Below, one piece after another: positions 1 through 14,585 of a stretch of 64,000 nt of DNA. Under the pieces are notes generated by a model. That model worked only from the letters and a program-made list of their open reading frames with translations, made no database searches and was not told the DNA's origin. The first letter of the stretch is position 1. Each line of letters opens with the position of its first letter. Both the position numbers and the translations under genes were made by a program. The stretch is from the human T2T-CHM13v2.0 reference genome, Homo sapiens, in NCBI RefSeq assembly GCF_009914755.1, contig NC_060938.1; one strand, 5' to 3'.

Positions 1-2642
<2,642 letters not shown>

Positions 2643-2688
2643 GGTTGGGCACAGTGGCTCACACCTGTAATCCCAGCACTTTGGGAGG
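2643..2688 (+). mobile_element. Alu 5' fragment (first ~46 nt only)
   Basis: ggttgggcacagtggctcacacctgtaatcccagcactttgggagg matches the Alu left-arm start, then stops abruptly. Confidence 0.9.
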
Positions 2689-2704
2689 AACTGTTGGGAA
2701 AGCA

Positions 2705-4209
2705 TAACTCACTTCAGCATTAGCCCAAAAGCCCACAGCCCAAAGTCTCATCTGAGAGAAGGCAAGTCCCTTCCACCTATGAGCCTGTAAAATCAAAAGC
2801 AAGCTACTGATTTCCTAGATACCATGGGGGTACAGGTATTCGGTAAATACAGTCATTCCAAATGGGAGAAATTGGTCAAAACAAAGTGGTTACAGGGCCC
2901 ATGCAAGTCCGAAAACCAGCAGGGCAGTCAAAATTTAAAGCTCCAAAATGATCTCCTTTGACTCCAGGTGTCACATCCAGGTCACACTGATGCAAGAGAT
3001 GGCATCCCATGGTCTTGGGCAGCTCTGCCCCTGTGGCTTTGCAGGATACAGCTTCCCTCCCAGCTGCTTTCATGGGCTGGGATTGAGTGTCTGCAGCTTT
3101 TCCAGGTGAATGGTGAACGGTGCAAGCTGTTGGAGGCTCTAGCATTCTGGAGTCTGGAGGACAGTGGCCCTTTTCTTATAGTTCCACTAGGCCATGGCCC
3201 AGTAGGGACTCTGTGTGGGGGTTCTGACTTCACATTTCCCTTCTGCACTGCCCTAGCAGAGGTTCTCCATGAGCACCCTGCCCCTGCAGCAAACTTCTCC
3301 CTGGGTATCCAGGCATTTCCATACATCTTCTGAAATCTAGGCAGAGGTTCCCAAACCTTGATTCTTGACTTCTGTGCACTCACAGGCTCAACACCCCGTG
3401 GAAATTGCCAGGGCTTGGGGCTTACACCCTTTGAAGTCCTGCCCCGAACTCTACATTGGCTCCTTTCAGCCATGGCTGGAGCAGCTGGGATGCAGGGCAC
3501 TGAGTCCCTAGGCTGCATGCAGTATGGGGACCGGACCCTGGGCCCAGCCCATGAGACCATTTTCTCCTAGACCTCAGGGCCTGTGATGGGAAGGGCTGCC
3601 GTGAAGACCTCTGACATGCCCCGAAGACATTTTCCCCATTGTCTTGGGGATTAACATTCAGCTCCTTGTTACTTATACAAATTTCGGCAGCCGACTTGAA
3701 TTTCTCCTGAGAAAATGAGTTTTTCTTTTCTATCACGTTGTCAGGCTGCAAATTTTCCAAACTTTTATGCTCTGCTTCCCTTATAGAACTGAATGCCTTT
3801 AGCAGCACCCAAGTTACCTCTTGAATGCTTTGTTGCTTAGAAATTTCTTTCATTAGATACCCTAAATCATCTCAAGATCAAAGTTCCACAAATCTCTAGG
3901 GTGGGGCAAAATGCCACCAGTCTCTTTGCTAAAACATAGCAAGTGTTACCTTTGCTCCAGTTCCCAACAAGTTCCTCATCTCCATCTGAGGCCGCCTCAG
4001 CCTGGACCTTATTGTCCATATTGTTATCAGGCTTTTGGTCAAAGCCATTCAACAAGTCTCTAGGGAGTTCCAAACTGTCTCACATTCTTCTGTCTTCTTC
4101 TGAGCCCTCCAAACATTTCCAACCTCTGCTTGTTACCCAGTTCAAAAGTCACTTCCATATTTTTGGGTATCTTTTCAGCAATGCCCCCACTCTACTGGTA
4201 CCAATTTTC
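2705..4209 (-). mobile_element. THE1 (MaLR) internal region, 3' end and 3' LTR deleted
   Basis: Collinear with the intact THE1 internal region at 8511-10161. Minus-strand ORF pieces 3422-3853 and 3867-4073 resemble MaLR internal ORF remnants (ELPRDLLNGFDQ, EISKQQSIQEVTW). Confidence 0.93.
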
Positions 4210-4559
4210 TGTATTAGTTTGTTTTCACACTGCTGATAAAAACATACCAAAGACCAGGAAGAAAAGAGGTTTAATTAGATTTACAGTTCCGCATGGCTGG
4301 GGAGGCCACCTATGGTGGGAAGGGAAAGGCACTTCTTACATGGGGGCAGCAAGAGAAGATGAGGAAGATGCAAAAGTGGAAACCCTTGATAAAACCATCA
4401 GATCTCATGAGACTTATTCACTATCATAAGAACAGTATGGGGGAAACCACCCCCGTGATTCAAATTATCTCTTACAGGGTCCCTCGCACATCACACAGGA
4501 ATTATGGAAGTACAATTCAAGATATGATTTGGGTGGGGACACACAGCCAAACCATATCA
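4210..4559 (-). mobile_element. THE1A-like LTR (5' LTR of the truncated element)
   Basis: Termini tgtattag...ccaaaccatatca; the segment 'gaggaagatgcaaaagtggaaacccttgataaaacc' is THE1A-like. Confidence 0.9.
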
Positions 4560-6760
4560 GTGAGGAAGAATGAGAGGCTGACTACACAAGTAATTCTTAT
4601 ATCTGCCAAGGGCTTCTTTTCTTGGTTTCTTTTTAAGTTAGTCATCATTTGTGTATAAAAGTACTACTAATTTGGATATGATGATTCTGTATCCTGCAAC
4701 TTTGCTGAATTCATTTAGTTCTAACAGTTTTTTTGTGGAATCTTAGGTGTTTTTCACATATAGGATCATGTCATCTACAGATGAAGATCACTTTATGTCT
4801 TCCTTTCTGATTTGGATGCCTTTTATTTATTTTTCTTGTCTGACTGTTTCTGCTAGTATTTTCAGTACTATGTTGAATAAAAATAACAAGAGTACACATG
4901 CCTGCCTTGTACCAGATCACAGTGGAAAAGCTTTCAGTTTTCCCCCATTGATTATGTTAGCTGTGAGTTTTCCATAAATGGCCTTTATTATATTAAAGAT
5001 CAATCCTTCTATACCTAAACTCTTCAGAGTTTTTATAAAGAAAGGATGTTGGGCTTTGTGGAATGATTTTTCCACATCAATTGAGATGACTGTGTGGTTT
5101 TTATCTTTCATTCTGTTGATGTGATGCATCATATTAATTAATTTACATATGTTAGACTAGCTTTGCATGGCAGGGATAAATCACACTTGTTATAATGTAT
5201 AATATTTCTGTGTGTTGTTGGATTTGGCTTGCTAATATTTTATTGAAAATTTTTGCATCAATATTTATCAGATAAATTGGCCTGTAGTTTTCTTTTCTTG
5301 TGATGTCTTTATCCTATGTATTAAGGTGATACTGGCCTTATAAAATAGATTTGAAAGTATTTCCTCTAGCTCTATTTTTTATGGAAGACTTTAAGAAGTA
5401 TTGGTATTAACTACTTTGAATGTTTGGTAGAATTTAGCTATGATGCCATCTGGTCCTGGGCTTTTTTGTTGCTGTTGTTGGGAGATATTTGATTATTTCT
5501 TCAATCTCTTTTTTTGATGTTGTTATTAGTTTGTTAAGGCTTTCTATTTCTTCCTGACTCAATTTTGGTAGGTTGTATTTGTACTTTCCTAAAGAGGTGT
5601 CAATTTTCTTTAGAATATCCAATTTGTTGGCATATAATTGTTCATGGCAATCTTTTATGATCCTTTTTATTTCTGAAGTATCTGTTGTAGTTTCTTCATT
5701 TTCATTTTTCAAATTGTATTTACTTGATTCTTCCTTTTTTTCTTAGTTTAGCTAAGATTTTATCATCTTTGTTTTAAAAAAAACTCTTAGTTTTATTGAA
5801 CTATGGTTTTTCTGTTCTCTATTTGATTTATTTCTGTTCTGATTTTAATTATTTCCTTCTACCTGCTAATTTTGGGTTTAGTTTGTTCTTTTACTAGTAT
5901 CTTGAGGTATAATGTTGGACTATTTATTTGGTATTTTCTTTTATTATATACATTTATTGCTATAAATTTTTCTCTTAGACCTGCTTCTGCTACATCACCT
6001 AGGTTTGGGTATGTTGTGTTTTCAATGTCATTTGTCTCAAAACATTTTAAATTTTTCCTTTTGACTTCTTTGAGCCATTGGTTGCTAGGAGCGTGTTACT
6101 TAATTTCCACACATTTGTGAATTTTCCAAAATTTCTCCTGTTACTGCTTTCTACTTCCATACCATTGTGGTCTGAAATAGATACTAGATAACATTTTAAT
6201 CTTCTTAAACTTGTTCATACTAGTTTTGTGGCTTAACATATGGTCTATCCTGAATAATGCTCCATGTATACTGGAGAAAATGTGTGTTCTCCTGTTGTTG
6301 GACAGAAAGTTCCATATAAATCTGTTGGAGACATTTGGTCAAAAGTGCAATCTATCCATTGTTTGAAGTGGGCTATTGAAGTCTCCTACCATTACTGTAT
6401 TGTTGTCTATTTCTCCTTTTATTTCCATTATTATTTGCTTTATATATTTAGGTGCTCCAATGTTGGGTGCATATATATTTACAACTATTATGTCCTCTGC
6501 ATGAATTGGCTCCTGTAATATTAAATAATGGCACTTTTTGTTTCTTATGACAGTTTTTGACTTGAAGTCTTATTTTATCAGATAGAAATATAGCCACCCC
6601 TATTCTCTTGGGGTTACCATTTCTATGGAATATCTTATTTCATCCATTACTTTCAGCCTTTGTGTATCCTTAATGCTTACTTGGGTCTCTTAGCAAATAG
6701 TTAGAACTCGTTTTTTTTTTAATCCATTCAGACACTTTTTGTTTTTTGATTAGAGAATTT

Positions 6761-6957
6761 TTTAAAAATACAGAGACATTGTCTCACCCTGTTACCCAGG
6801 CTGGGGTGCAGTAGTTTGATCATAACTCACTGTAACCTCAAACTCCTTGGCTCAAGCGAACTGTCTGCCTCAGCTTCCTGAGCATCTGGGACTACAAGAA
6901 CATCCAGCTAATTTCTTAATTTTTAGTAGAGACAGGGTTTTGCTATGTTGCCCAGGT
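6761..6957 (-). mobile_element. 5'-truncated AluJ
   Basis: Right arm plus part of left arm; 11-bp TSD ttagagaattt at 6750-6760 and 6958-6968. Confidence 0.88.
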
Positions 6958-7651
6958 TTAGAGAATTTAATCCATTTACATTCAAAGTGCCTATTGATAG
7001 GTAAGAACTTATTACTGCTATATTGTTATTTGTTTTCTGGTTGTTTTATAGCTCTTTTGTTCCTTTCTTCCTCTCTTTTTAACTGCCTTTGGGTTTCAGT
7101 AGTTTTCTGTAGTGCTAAACTTTGATTCTTTTTTTAATTGTTTGTATATATGCTGCAGTGTTTTGTTTTGTGTTTACCATGATGCTTACATAAAACATCT
7201 TGCATTATAGCTATCATCTACTGTTTTAAGCTAATAATTCTGTTGAATACAAAAACTTTAGACTTTTACCCTACCATCCCACAATTTATATCTTTGATGT
7301 CATATTTTACATCTTTTTACACTGTGTATTTCTTAACAACTTATTGTAGCTTTAGTTATTTTTTACCATTTTAACTTTTAGCCTTCATACAAGAAATATG
7401 TATGATTACAGTATTGGAGCATTCTGGATTTGCCTATGTATTTACCTCAACCAGTGAGTTTTATATTTTCATATGTATTCATTATAGTAATTATCACCCT
7501 TTTGTTTATGCTTGAAGAACTCCCATAAGCATTTCTTTTTAATAAACCAGGCCTAGTGATAATGAATTCTCTTAGCTTTTGCCTGTTCGGGTAAGACTAT
7601 TTCTCCATTTGCGAAGGACAAATTTGGTGAGCATAGTATTCTTGGCTGACA

Positions 7652-8076
7652 TTTAAAAAAAACTTTTATTTTAGGTTCAGGAGTACAGGTCAAGATTTGT
7701 TACATAGGTGAACTTGTGTCACAGAGGTTTGGTGTGCAGATTATTTCATCACCTGATACCCAACAGTTATTAATATATTTTCTGCTCCTCTCCCTCCACC
7801 CACCCTCCATCCTCAAGTAGATTCATGTCAGTTATTTCCTTCTTTGTGTTCATGAGTTCTCATTTACCCCCCATTTATAAGTAAGAACATGTGGTATTTC
7901 ATTTTCTGTTCCTGTGTTAGTTTGCTAAGGATAATGCCCTCCAGCTCCAACCCCCATGTTCCTGCAAAAGGCATGACCTTATTCTTTTTTATGGCTGCGT
8001 AGTATTCCATGGTATATGTATACCACATTTTCTTTATCCAGTCTGTCACTGATGGGCATTTAGATTGCTTCCATGA
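7652..8076 (-). mobile_element. 5'-truncated L1PA (older subfamily, ~L1PA13-16) 3' end
   Basis: L1PA 3'UTR and ORF2 C-terminus (ORF 7864-8145: WIKKMWYTYTMEYYAAIKKN); TSD gctgaca at 7645-7651 and 8077-8083. Confidence 0.88.
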
Positions 8077-8146
8077 GCTGACAGGTTTTTTTTTTTTTTT
8101 GGTTTGTTTTTGGTTTTGTTTTTTTTCACCAGTTAAATATATCATC

Positions 8147-10526
8147 CATATTAGTGTGTTCTCATGCTGCTAATAAAGACATAGCCAAGACTGGGTAATT
8201 TATAAAGGAAAGAGGTTTAATTGACTCACAGTTCCACATGGCTGGAGAGGCCTCACAATCATGGCAGAGGTGAATGAGGAGCAAAGTCATGTCTTACATG
8301 GCAATAGGCAAGAGAGAGCTTGTGCAGGGAAACTACCATTTATAAAACCATCAGATCTTGTGAGACTTATTCACTACCATGAGAACATCATGGGAAAGAC
8401 CCACCCCCATGATTCAACTATGTCCCACCAGGTCCCTCCCAAAACACATAGGACTTACAGGAGCTACAATTCAAGATGGATTTGGGGGAGGTCATAGACA
8501 AATGATATCATTCCACCCCTGGCCCCTTCCGAATCTCATGTCCTCACATTTCAAAACCAATCTTGCCTTCTCAACAGTCTCATGTCCTCACATTTCAAAA
8601 CCAATCTTGCCTTCTCAACAGTCCCTCAAATCTTAACTCATTTCAGCATTAACTCAAAAGTCCATAGTCCCACATCTCATCTAAGACAAGGCAAGTCCCT
8701 TCTGCCTAGGAGCCTGTAAAATCAAAAGCAAGGTAATAACTTCCTAGATACAATGGGGCCACAGACATTGGGAAAATACACCCATTCCAAATGGGAGAAA
8801 TTGACCAAAACAAAGGAGCTACAGGCCCTATGCAAGTCCCAAATCCAGCAGGGTAGTCAAATCTTAAATCTCCAAAATGATCTCCTTTGACTCCATGTCT
8901 CACATTCAGGTCACACTGATGCAAGAGGTGGCGTCCCATGGTTGTGGGTAGTGCTGTCCCTTTGACTTTGCAGGATACAGCCTCCCTCCTGGCTGTCTTC
9001 ACAGGCTGCCATTGAGTGTCTGTGGCTTTTCCAGGTGCAAGCTGTCGGTGGATCCACCATTCTGGAATTTGAAGGATGGTGGCCCTCTTCTCACAGCTCC
9101 ACTAGTTAGTGCCCCAGAGGGGACTCTGTTTGGGCGCTTGTACCCCACAGTTCCCTTCTGCACTGCCCTAGCAGAGGTTCTCCATAAGGGCTATGTCCCT
9201 GCAGCACACCACTGCCTGGACATCCAGGCATTTCCATACATCCTCTGAAATCTAAGCAGAGGTTCCCAAACCTCACTTCTTGACTTCTGTGTACCTGCAG
9301 ACCCAACACCTCTTGTAAGCTGCTAAGGCTTAGGGCTTGCACCCTCTGAAGCAATGATCTGAGCTCTACCTTGGCCCCTTTTAGCTGTGGCTGGGACACA
9401 GCATCAAGTCCTGAGACTTCACAGGGCAGCAAGGCCCTGGGCCCAGCATACAAAACCATTTTTTCTTCCTGGGCCTCCAGGCCTGTGATGTGAGGGGCTG
9501 CTGTGGAGACCTCTGACATGCCCTGGAGACATTTTCCCCATTGTCTTGGCGATTAACATTTAGCTTCTTGTTACCTATGCAAATTTCTGCAGCTGGCTTG
9601 AATTTCTCCTCAGAAAATGGGTTTTTCTTTTCTATTGCATTATCCCGCTGCAAATTTTCCAAACTTTTATGCTCTACTTCCCTTTTAAACATAAATTCCA
9701 ATTCCAAACAATATCTTTGTGAATTCATAAAGCTGAATGCTTTTAACGGTTGTGGTGACCCAAGTCACTTCTTGAATTCTTTGTTGCTTAGAAATTTCTT
9801 CCACCAGATGCCCTAGATCAACTTTCTCAAGTTCAAACTTCCACAGATCTCTAGGACAGAAGCAAAATGCCACCAATATCTTTGCTAAACAAAGAAAGAG
9901 TCACCTTTGCTCCAGTTCCCAACAAGTTTCTCATCTCCATCTGACACCATCTCATTGTGAACTTTATCATCCATATGACTATCAGCATTTTGGTCAAAGC
10001 CATTCAACAAGTCTCTAGGAAGTTCCAAATTTTCCCACATCTTCCTGTCTTCTTCTGAGCCCTCCAAACTGTTCCAATATCTGCTGTTATCTATTTCCAA
10101 AGTTGCTTCCACATTTTCAAGTATCTTTACAGTTGCGCCTCACTACTTGGTACCAATTTACTGTATTAGTCTGTTCTCATGTTGCTAATAAAGACATACC
10201 CAAGACTGGGTAATTATAAAGGAAAGAGGTTTAATTGACTCACAGTTCCACATGGCTGAAGAGGCCTCACAATCATGGCAGAAGGTGAATGAGGAGCAAA
10301 GTCACATCTTACATGGTGACAGGCAAGAGAGAGCTTGTGCAGGGAAACTCCCATTTATAAAACCATCAGATCTCATGAGACTTATTCACTATCATGAGAA
10401 CATCATGGGAAAGACCGAGCCCCATGATTCAATTACCTCCCCCCAGCTCACTCCCACAACATGTGGGAATTATAGGAGCTATAATTCAAGATGAGATTTG
10501 GGTGGGGTCACAGCCAAACCATATCA
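8147..10526 (-). mobile_element. Full-length THE1 (THE1B/C-like) MaLR: LTR 8147-8510, internal 8511-10161, LTR 10162-10526
   Basis: Two ~365-bp direct LTRs about 10% diverged (manual count), internal region, and 5-bp TSD tcatc at 8142-8146 and 10527-10531. Confidence 0.96.
8534..8621. repeat. Perfect 2 x 44-bp tandem duplication in the THE1 internal region
   Basis: tctcatgtcctcacatttcaaaaccaatcttgccttctcaacag at 8534-8577 and 8578-8621. Confidence 0.97.
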
Positions 10527-10918
10527 TCATCCCATTCTCTCCTGGCCTACAAAATTTCTACTGAGAAGTCCAATGATAGTCTAATGGGGATTTCCTTATA
10601 TATGACTTGATGCTTTTTTCTTGCTCTTGAAAAATTATTTTTGTCTTTGTTGACATTTTGACTATAATGTGCTTCAGAAAGGATCTTTTTGGGTTTAATC
10701 TATTTGGGAATTTTTCAGCTTCATAGAGTTGGATGTTCATATTTCTCCCAAGACCTGGGAAGTTTTCAGCAATTATTTTATTAAATACATTTTCTACCCT
10801 TTGTCTCTTCTCCCTCTAAAAACTCCATAGTACAGAATTTGTTCGCTAATGGTATCCCATAAGTTCTGTAAACTGTCTTTATATTGTCATTCTTTCTGTC
10901 TTTCATTCTTTAAAAAAA

Positions 10919-11210
10919 ATTTTTTTTGAGGCAGGGTCTTGCTCTGTTGTTCAGGCTAGAGTGCAGTGGCATGATCATGGCTCACTGCAGCCTTGACCTC
11001 CCCAGGCTCATGTGATCGTCCCACCTCAGCTTCCTGAGCAGCTGAGACTACAGGCATGTGCCACCATGCCCTGCTAACTTTTGTATTTATTTGTAGAGAT
11101 GGGGTCTTGCATGTTGCCCAGGCTGGTCTTGAACTTCTGGGCTTAAGCAACTTGCCCACCTTGGCCTCCCAAAGTGCCAGGATTACAGGCATGAGCCACT
11201 CTGCCCAGCC
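10919..11210 (-). mobile_element. AluJ, full length
   Basis: J-type features (ctcactgcagccttgacctcc, ttctgggcttaagcaa); ends ...ctgcccagcc. Confidence 0.93.
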
Positions 11211-13853
11211 CTCTTTTTCATTCTCTTTTTCCTTCTGATTGAGTCATTTCAATAGAACAGTCTTCAGGTTCAGATTATTTCTTCTTTCCGTTCTAGTCTG
11301 CTGTTGAAGTTCTCAATTACATATTTTTATTTCATTGATTGAATTCCTTAAACTCAAGAGTTACATATTTTTTAATATCTCTCTTTTTGTTGAGTTTCTT
11401 ATTCAGATTATAAATTGTGTTCCTGATTTCCTTGAATTGTCTATTTGTATTTCTTATATCTCACTGAGTTTTGTTAAGATTACTATTTTGAATTCCTTTT
11501 TAGGCAATTCATTAATTTCCACTGGGTTTGGGGTTAGTTACTGGAGAATTACTGTGTTCCTTTGGTGGTGTCATGTTTCCTTCATTTTTCATGTTCCTTA
11601 TGTCCTTGTATTGTTGTCTATACATCTTGTGGCACAGTCTCCTCTCCCAAACTTTACAGAGTGGCTTTCATAGGGGATGACTTTCACTTGCAGATGGGCC
11701 TGAGGGTGCTGATTGAGCAGGACATGGTGGCTCTGGTTCCATGTGGTATTGTCTCTATACAGCTTCTTCAGTTTATAATCTACATCAGTGATGACTGCAG
11801 TTGCTTCAGTATTATAGGCTGAGTCTGTGGCAGTGACAGTGGCTATGTATATTATTAGGACAAGGGCTTTATGAATCCTCCTATTCTCATCTTTCTCACA
11901 GAGGGGAGACTTGGGATTGCTCTTGGTTTTGGGTATGACCTTGCTCACAGGAAGCCACAGTGGCAATGGAATTCAGGGTGCTGGTGATTGGAGCAGTTGT
12001 GGAGTTGGGTTCCTGGGCCCTGGGTCTTATGAAACTACTCCACCACCTGGGACTTGAGGTACAGGTTTACACTCCAAGGCACAAGTGAATGCAGTTACCC
12101 GACTAAGCTGGGGTGTATAGCTCAGGCCTCAGGGGCTGGAATGTAGCTGTTGTTCTGACTCTGGGGGTCGGGGCAAGGCACAGATCTGGTTGGGCTCTAA
12201 GAATGAAGGAGTGCTCTCAAAGCCCATCCTGCTCCTGTGGAGCAGGGCACAGCTGCAATTTGGGACCTGGAACCAACAAGGCATGAGGTACCACACAATG
12301 ATAACTCCGGCCTGTGAGACACAGCAGTAGCCCAGGCTCTATGAGGCTAGGTACAGCACAGCAAGGACCTAGAGATGCCAAGATACCACTGTGGTTTAGG
12401 CCTCGGGGAACAGGGAAAATTACATCAATGACTACACTCCCACAAAGTCAGAGTGCCTCAGCAGCTTGGGTTGGTGGCGGCTAGTCCAGTTTCAGGTAGA
12501 CAGGACCTTGTGGCTGCTTGGCTTGGAGTGTGGGGTGGCACAGTTCAGTCAAGGTTCTGGATTCCATAGGACCCAAAGTGAAACATCTGCTCAGCCCCAG
12601 AATGTGGTGCTACATGTGTCAGTGGAGCCTCTGGATCCCTTAAGTTAGGATGCCATGTCAGCTGTGGTGCAAGGAGGTGCAACTGCTCTGATGTACTTGA
12701 GCTTAGAGTCCCCAAGGAGCATTGTGCCACCTCAGTGTGGCATGGGGGTGTGTCTACTCTGGTAGTTCAAGGCTCCGGGTCTCTGGGGGTTGGGGGACCA
12801 TTTCTCCTTAGCTCTATGGGGAGGGTGCAGTAGTGACTGAGATGGGAGGGATGGAGTGGCTCTGTGGTAGCTTGTTTAGAGGGTAGGACATAGCAGCATC
12901 TCTGTTGGTGGATGGTGTGCTATAAGGTGAGCATGATTTAGTGGCAGCTAAGCCTCAGGGACAGAGGGATGCAATGGCTACTCATCTCTGGAGCAGGACA
13001 CGCTCTAGCAGGGGCTGTGGTTCCAAGAGAGCACAGAGCAGTAACAGCATGGGCCATGTTGGGGGTGGGGGATACTGAGCTCAGTGTTGGCTTCTTCTCT
13101 GGGGGTAGCTCAGTGTGTGGACTCTGGGAAGCTTCCTCAGCTGGGCTCTGAGCCTGTGGACTGCAGTCATTTCCAGTAGGGAAGATCGTATGTGTCCACA
13201 GTGGTGATAGGAGCTGCTGGGGTTGTCTTGTTTACCTTTTCCCCAGAGGGGAAACCAGTCCCTTCCGGTTTTGAGCTAATCTCGAGTTAGGGGATGGGGT
13301 GGTGAAGGCAAGGTGTTTTCTTACCATCTCTATGCGGCAATCTTGTGTTTCTTTGCTCAACAGGATTTCTGCTGCTTTTTTTGATGTTCTCCAGTGCTTT
13401 CCTTTAGTTATTTTGGTTGAAATGTGGTTGTTTATTTATTGTTTTGGGTTTTTTGTTGGTGAAGAGTGCTAGGAGCTTCTAGTTGGCCATCTTGCTGATG
13501 TCACTTCTTAGAGAAGGACTTCTTGATGAATATGAATAAAAATTAATATGAATATTAATAAAATACTCTCTAGAAATTTACATTCTCATTAGCATATATT
13601 TCATGCTTCTTTTGATAACATTGAATATTATCATTTAAAGATGTTTACTTTTTGGATAGATACAATGCTTATTGGGTTCATTTTAATTCATATAAGTCAC
13701 TAATAAGATTAAACTTGTTAGTGTATTTATTGGCAATAAGTATATTTTCATATATAAATCACTGATTGAGTTACTTGCTAGTATTGCTCTTGGATTTTTA
13801 TGTGATTGAGCCCAGCAGTATGGTGGAATAATTCTTAGGAAAAGAAATAATCT

Positions 13854-14103
13854 CTTTGAGAGGCCAAGGAAGGCAGATCACCTGAGGTCAGGAGTTCAAG
13901 ACCAGCCTGGTCAACATGGTGAAACTCCGTCTCTACTAAAAAAAAAATACAAAAATTTGCCGGGCACAGTGGCTCACACTTGTAATCCCAGCTACTTGGG
14001 AGGCTGAGGCAGGAGAATCGCTTCAACCTGGGAGGCGGAGATTGTGGTGAGCCGAGATCACGCCACTGCACTCTATCCAGCCTGGTTGACAGAAAAAAAA
14101 AAA
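13854..14103 (+). mobile_element. AluS (Sx-like), 5'-truncated and missing the last ~15 nt before the A tail
   Basis: Begins at ctttgagaggccaagg; contains 'cacctgaggtcaggagttcaagacc'; 14-bp TSD aaaagaaataatct at 13840-13853 and 14104-14117. Confidence 0.92.
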
Positions 14104-14367
14104 AAAAGAAATAATCTAAAACTAGAAGGGGATAGGTTTCTTTAACTGCACTAGTTTCCTCAGATTTGGGTATTTGCATATAGTTTACTCAAATTTGAGT
14201 AGCTGCATAGAGTTTTTTTGCACCTTAGGGCTCTCACACAGGTAGCTGATGGAGCTTTGCGGATGGTTTCCTAATGCCTGAGATGGATCAGTAATCATTT
14301 AATGAATGAAGGAATGCTCAGGAAGAAAAAGGTCGGGCTGCATCTCCAAAGTTTATTGTCTATGACA

Positions 14368-14585
14368 ATAGCTAATATTTGTTGACTGTTTACAGCGCTT
14401 ATTGAGTTATTTATAAAAATTGTCTTATTTAATTTTTCCCAAATGCAAAGAGGTAGGTGTGTCATTATCCTCAGTTGATAGATGGGGAACTGAGGCTAAG
14501 GAAAGCTAAATAACTTTCATAAGGTCTTAAAGGTGGTGAGTGGTGGAGCCAGTTCATTCTACCTTCAGCTCAAACTCTTAATCAC
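14368..14585 (-). mobile_element. MIR
   Basis: MIR core in reverse: cattatcctcagttgatagatggggaactgaggc...taactttcataaggtc. Confidence 0.75.

Larger units (their letters stand above)
4617..13507 (-). mobile_element. Old L1M-type LINE-1 (5'UTR, ORF1, most of ORF2); 3' end missing; carries four nested insertions
   Basis: Minus ORFs 4917-5132 and 5434-5712 are L1 ORF2-like ([22 protein letters not shown]; TTDTSEIKRIIKDCHEQLYANKLD) and 10558-10740 is ORF1-like. GC-richer 5'UTR at ~11.7-13.5 kb ends in reverse 'gaagtgacatcagcaagatggcc' (L1 5' YY1-type motif, 13485-13494). Confidence 0.85.

Noticed and set aside
2982-4073. Minus-strand ORFs up to 192 aa, with homologs at 9106-10112
   Set aside because: Broken remnants of the THE1/MaLR internal ORF in two copies; no intact frame.
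11700-13300. GC-richer region as a host promoter or CpG island
   Set aside because: CpG-depleted and explained as the 5'UTR of the old L1M.
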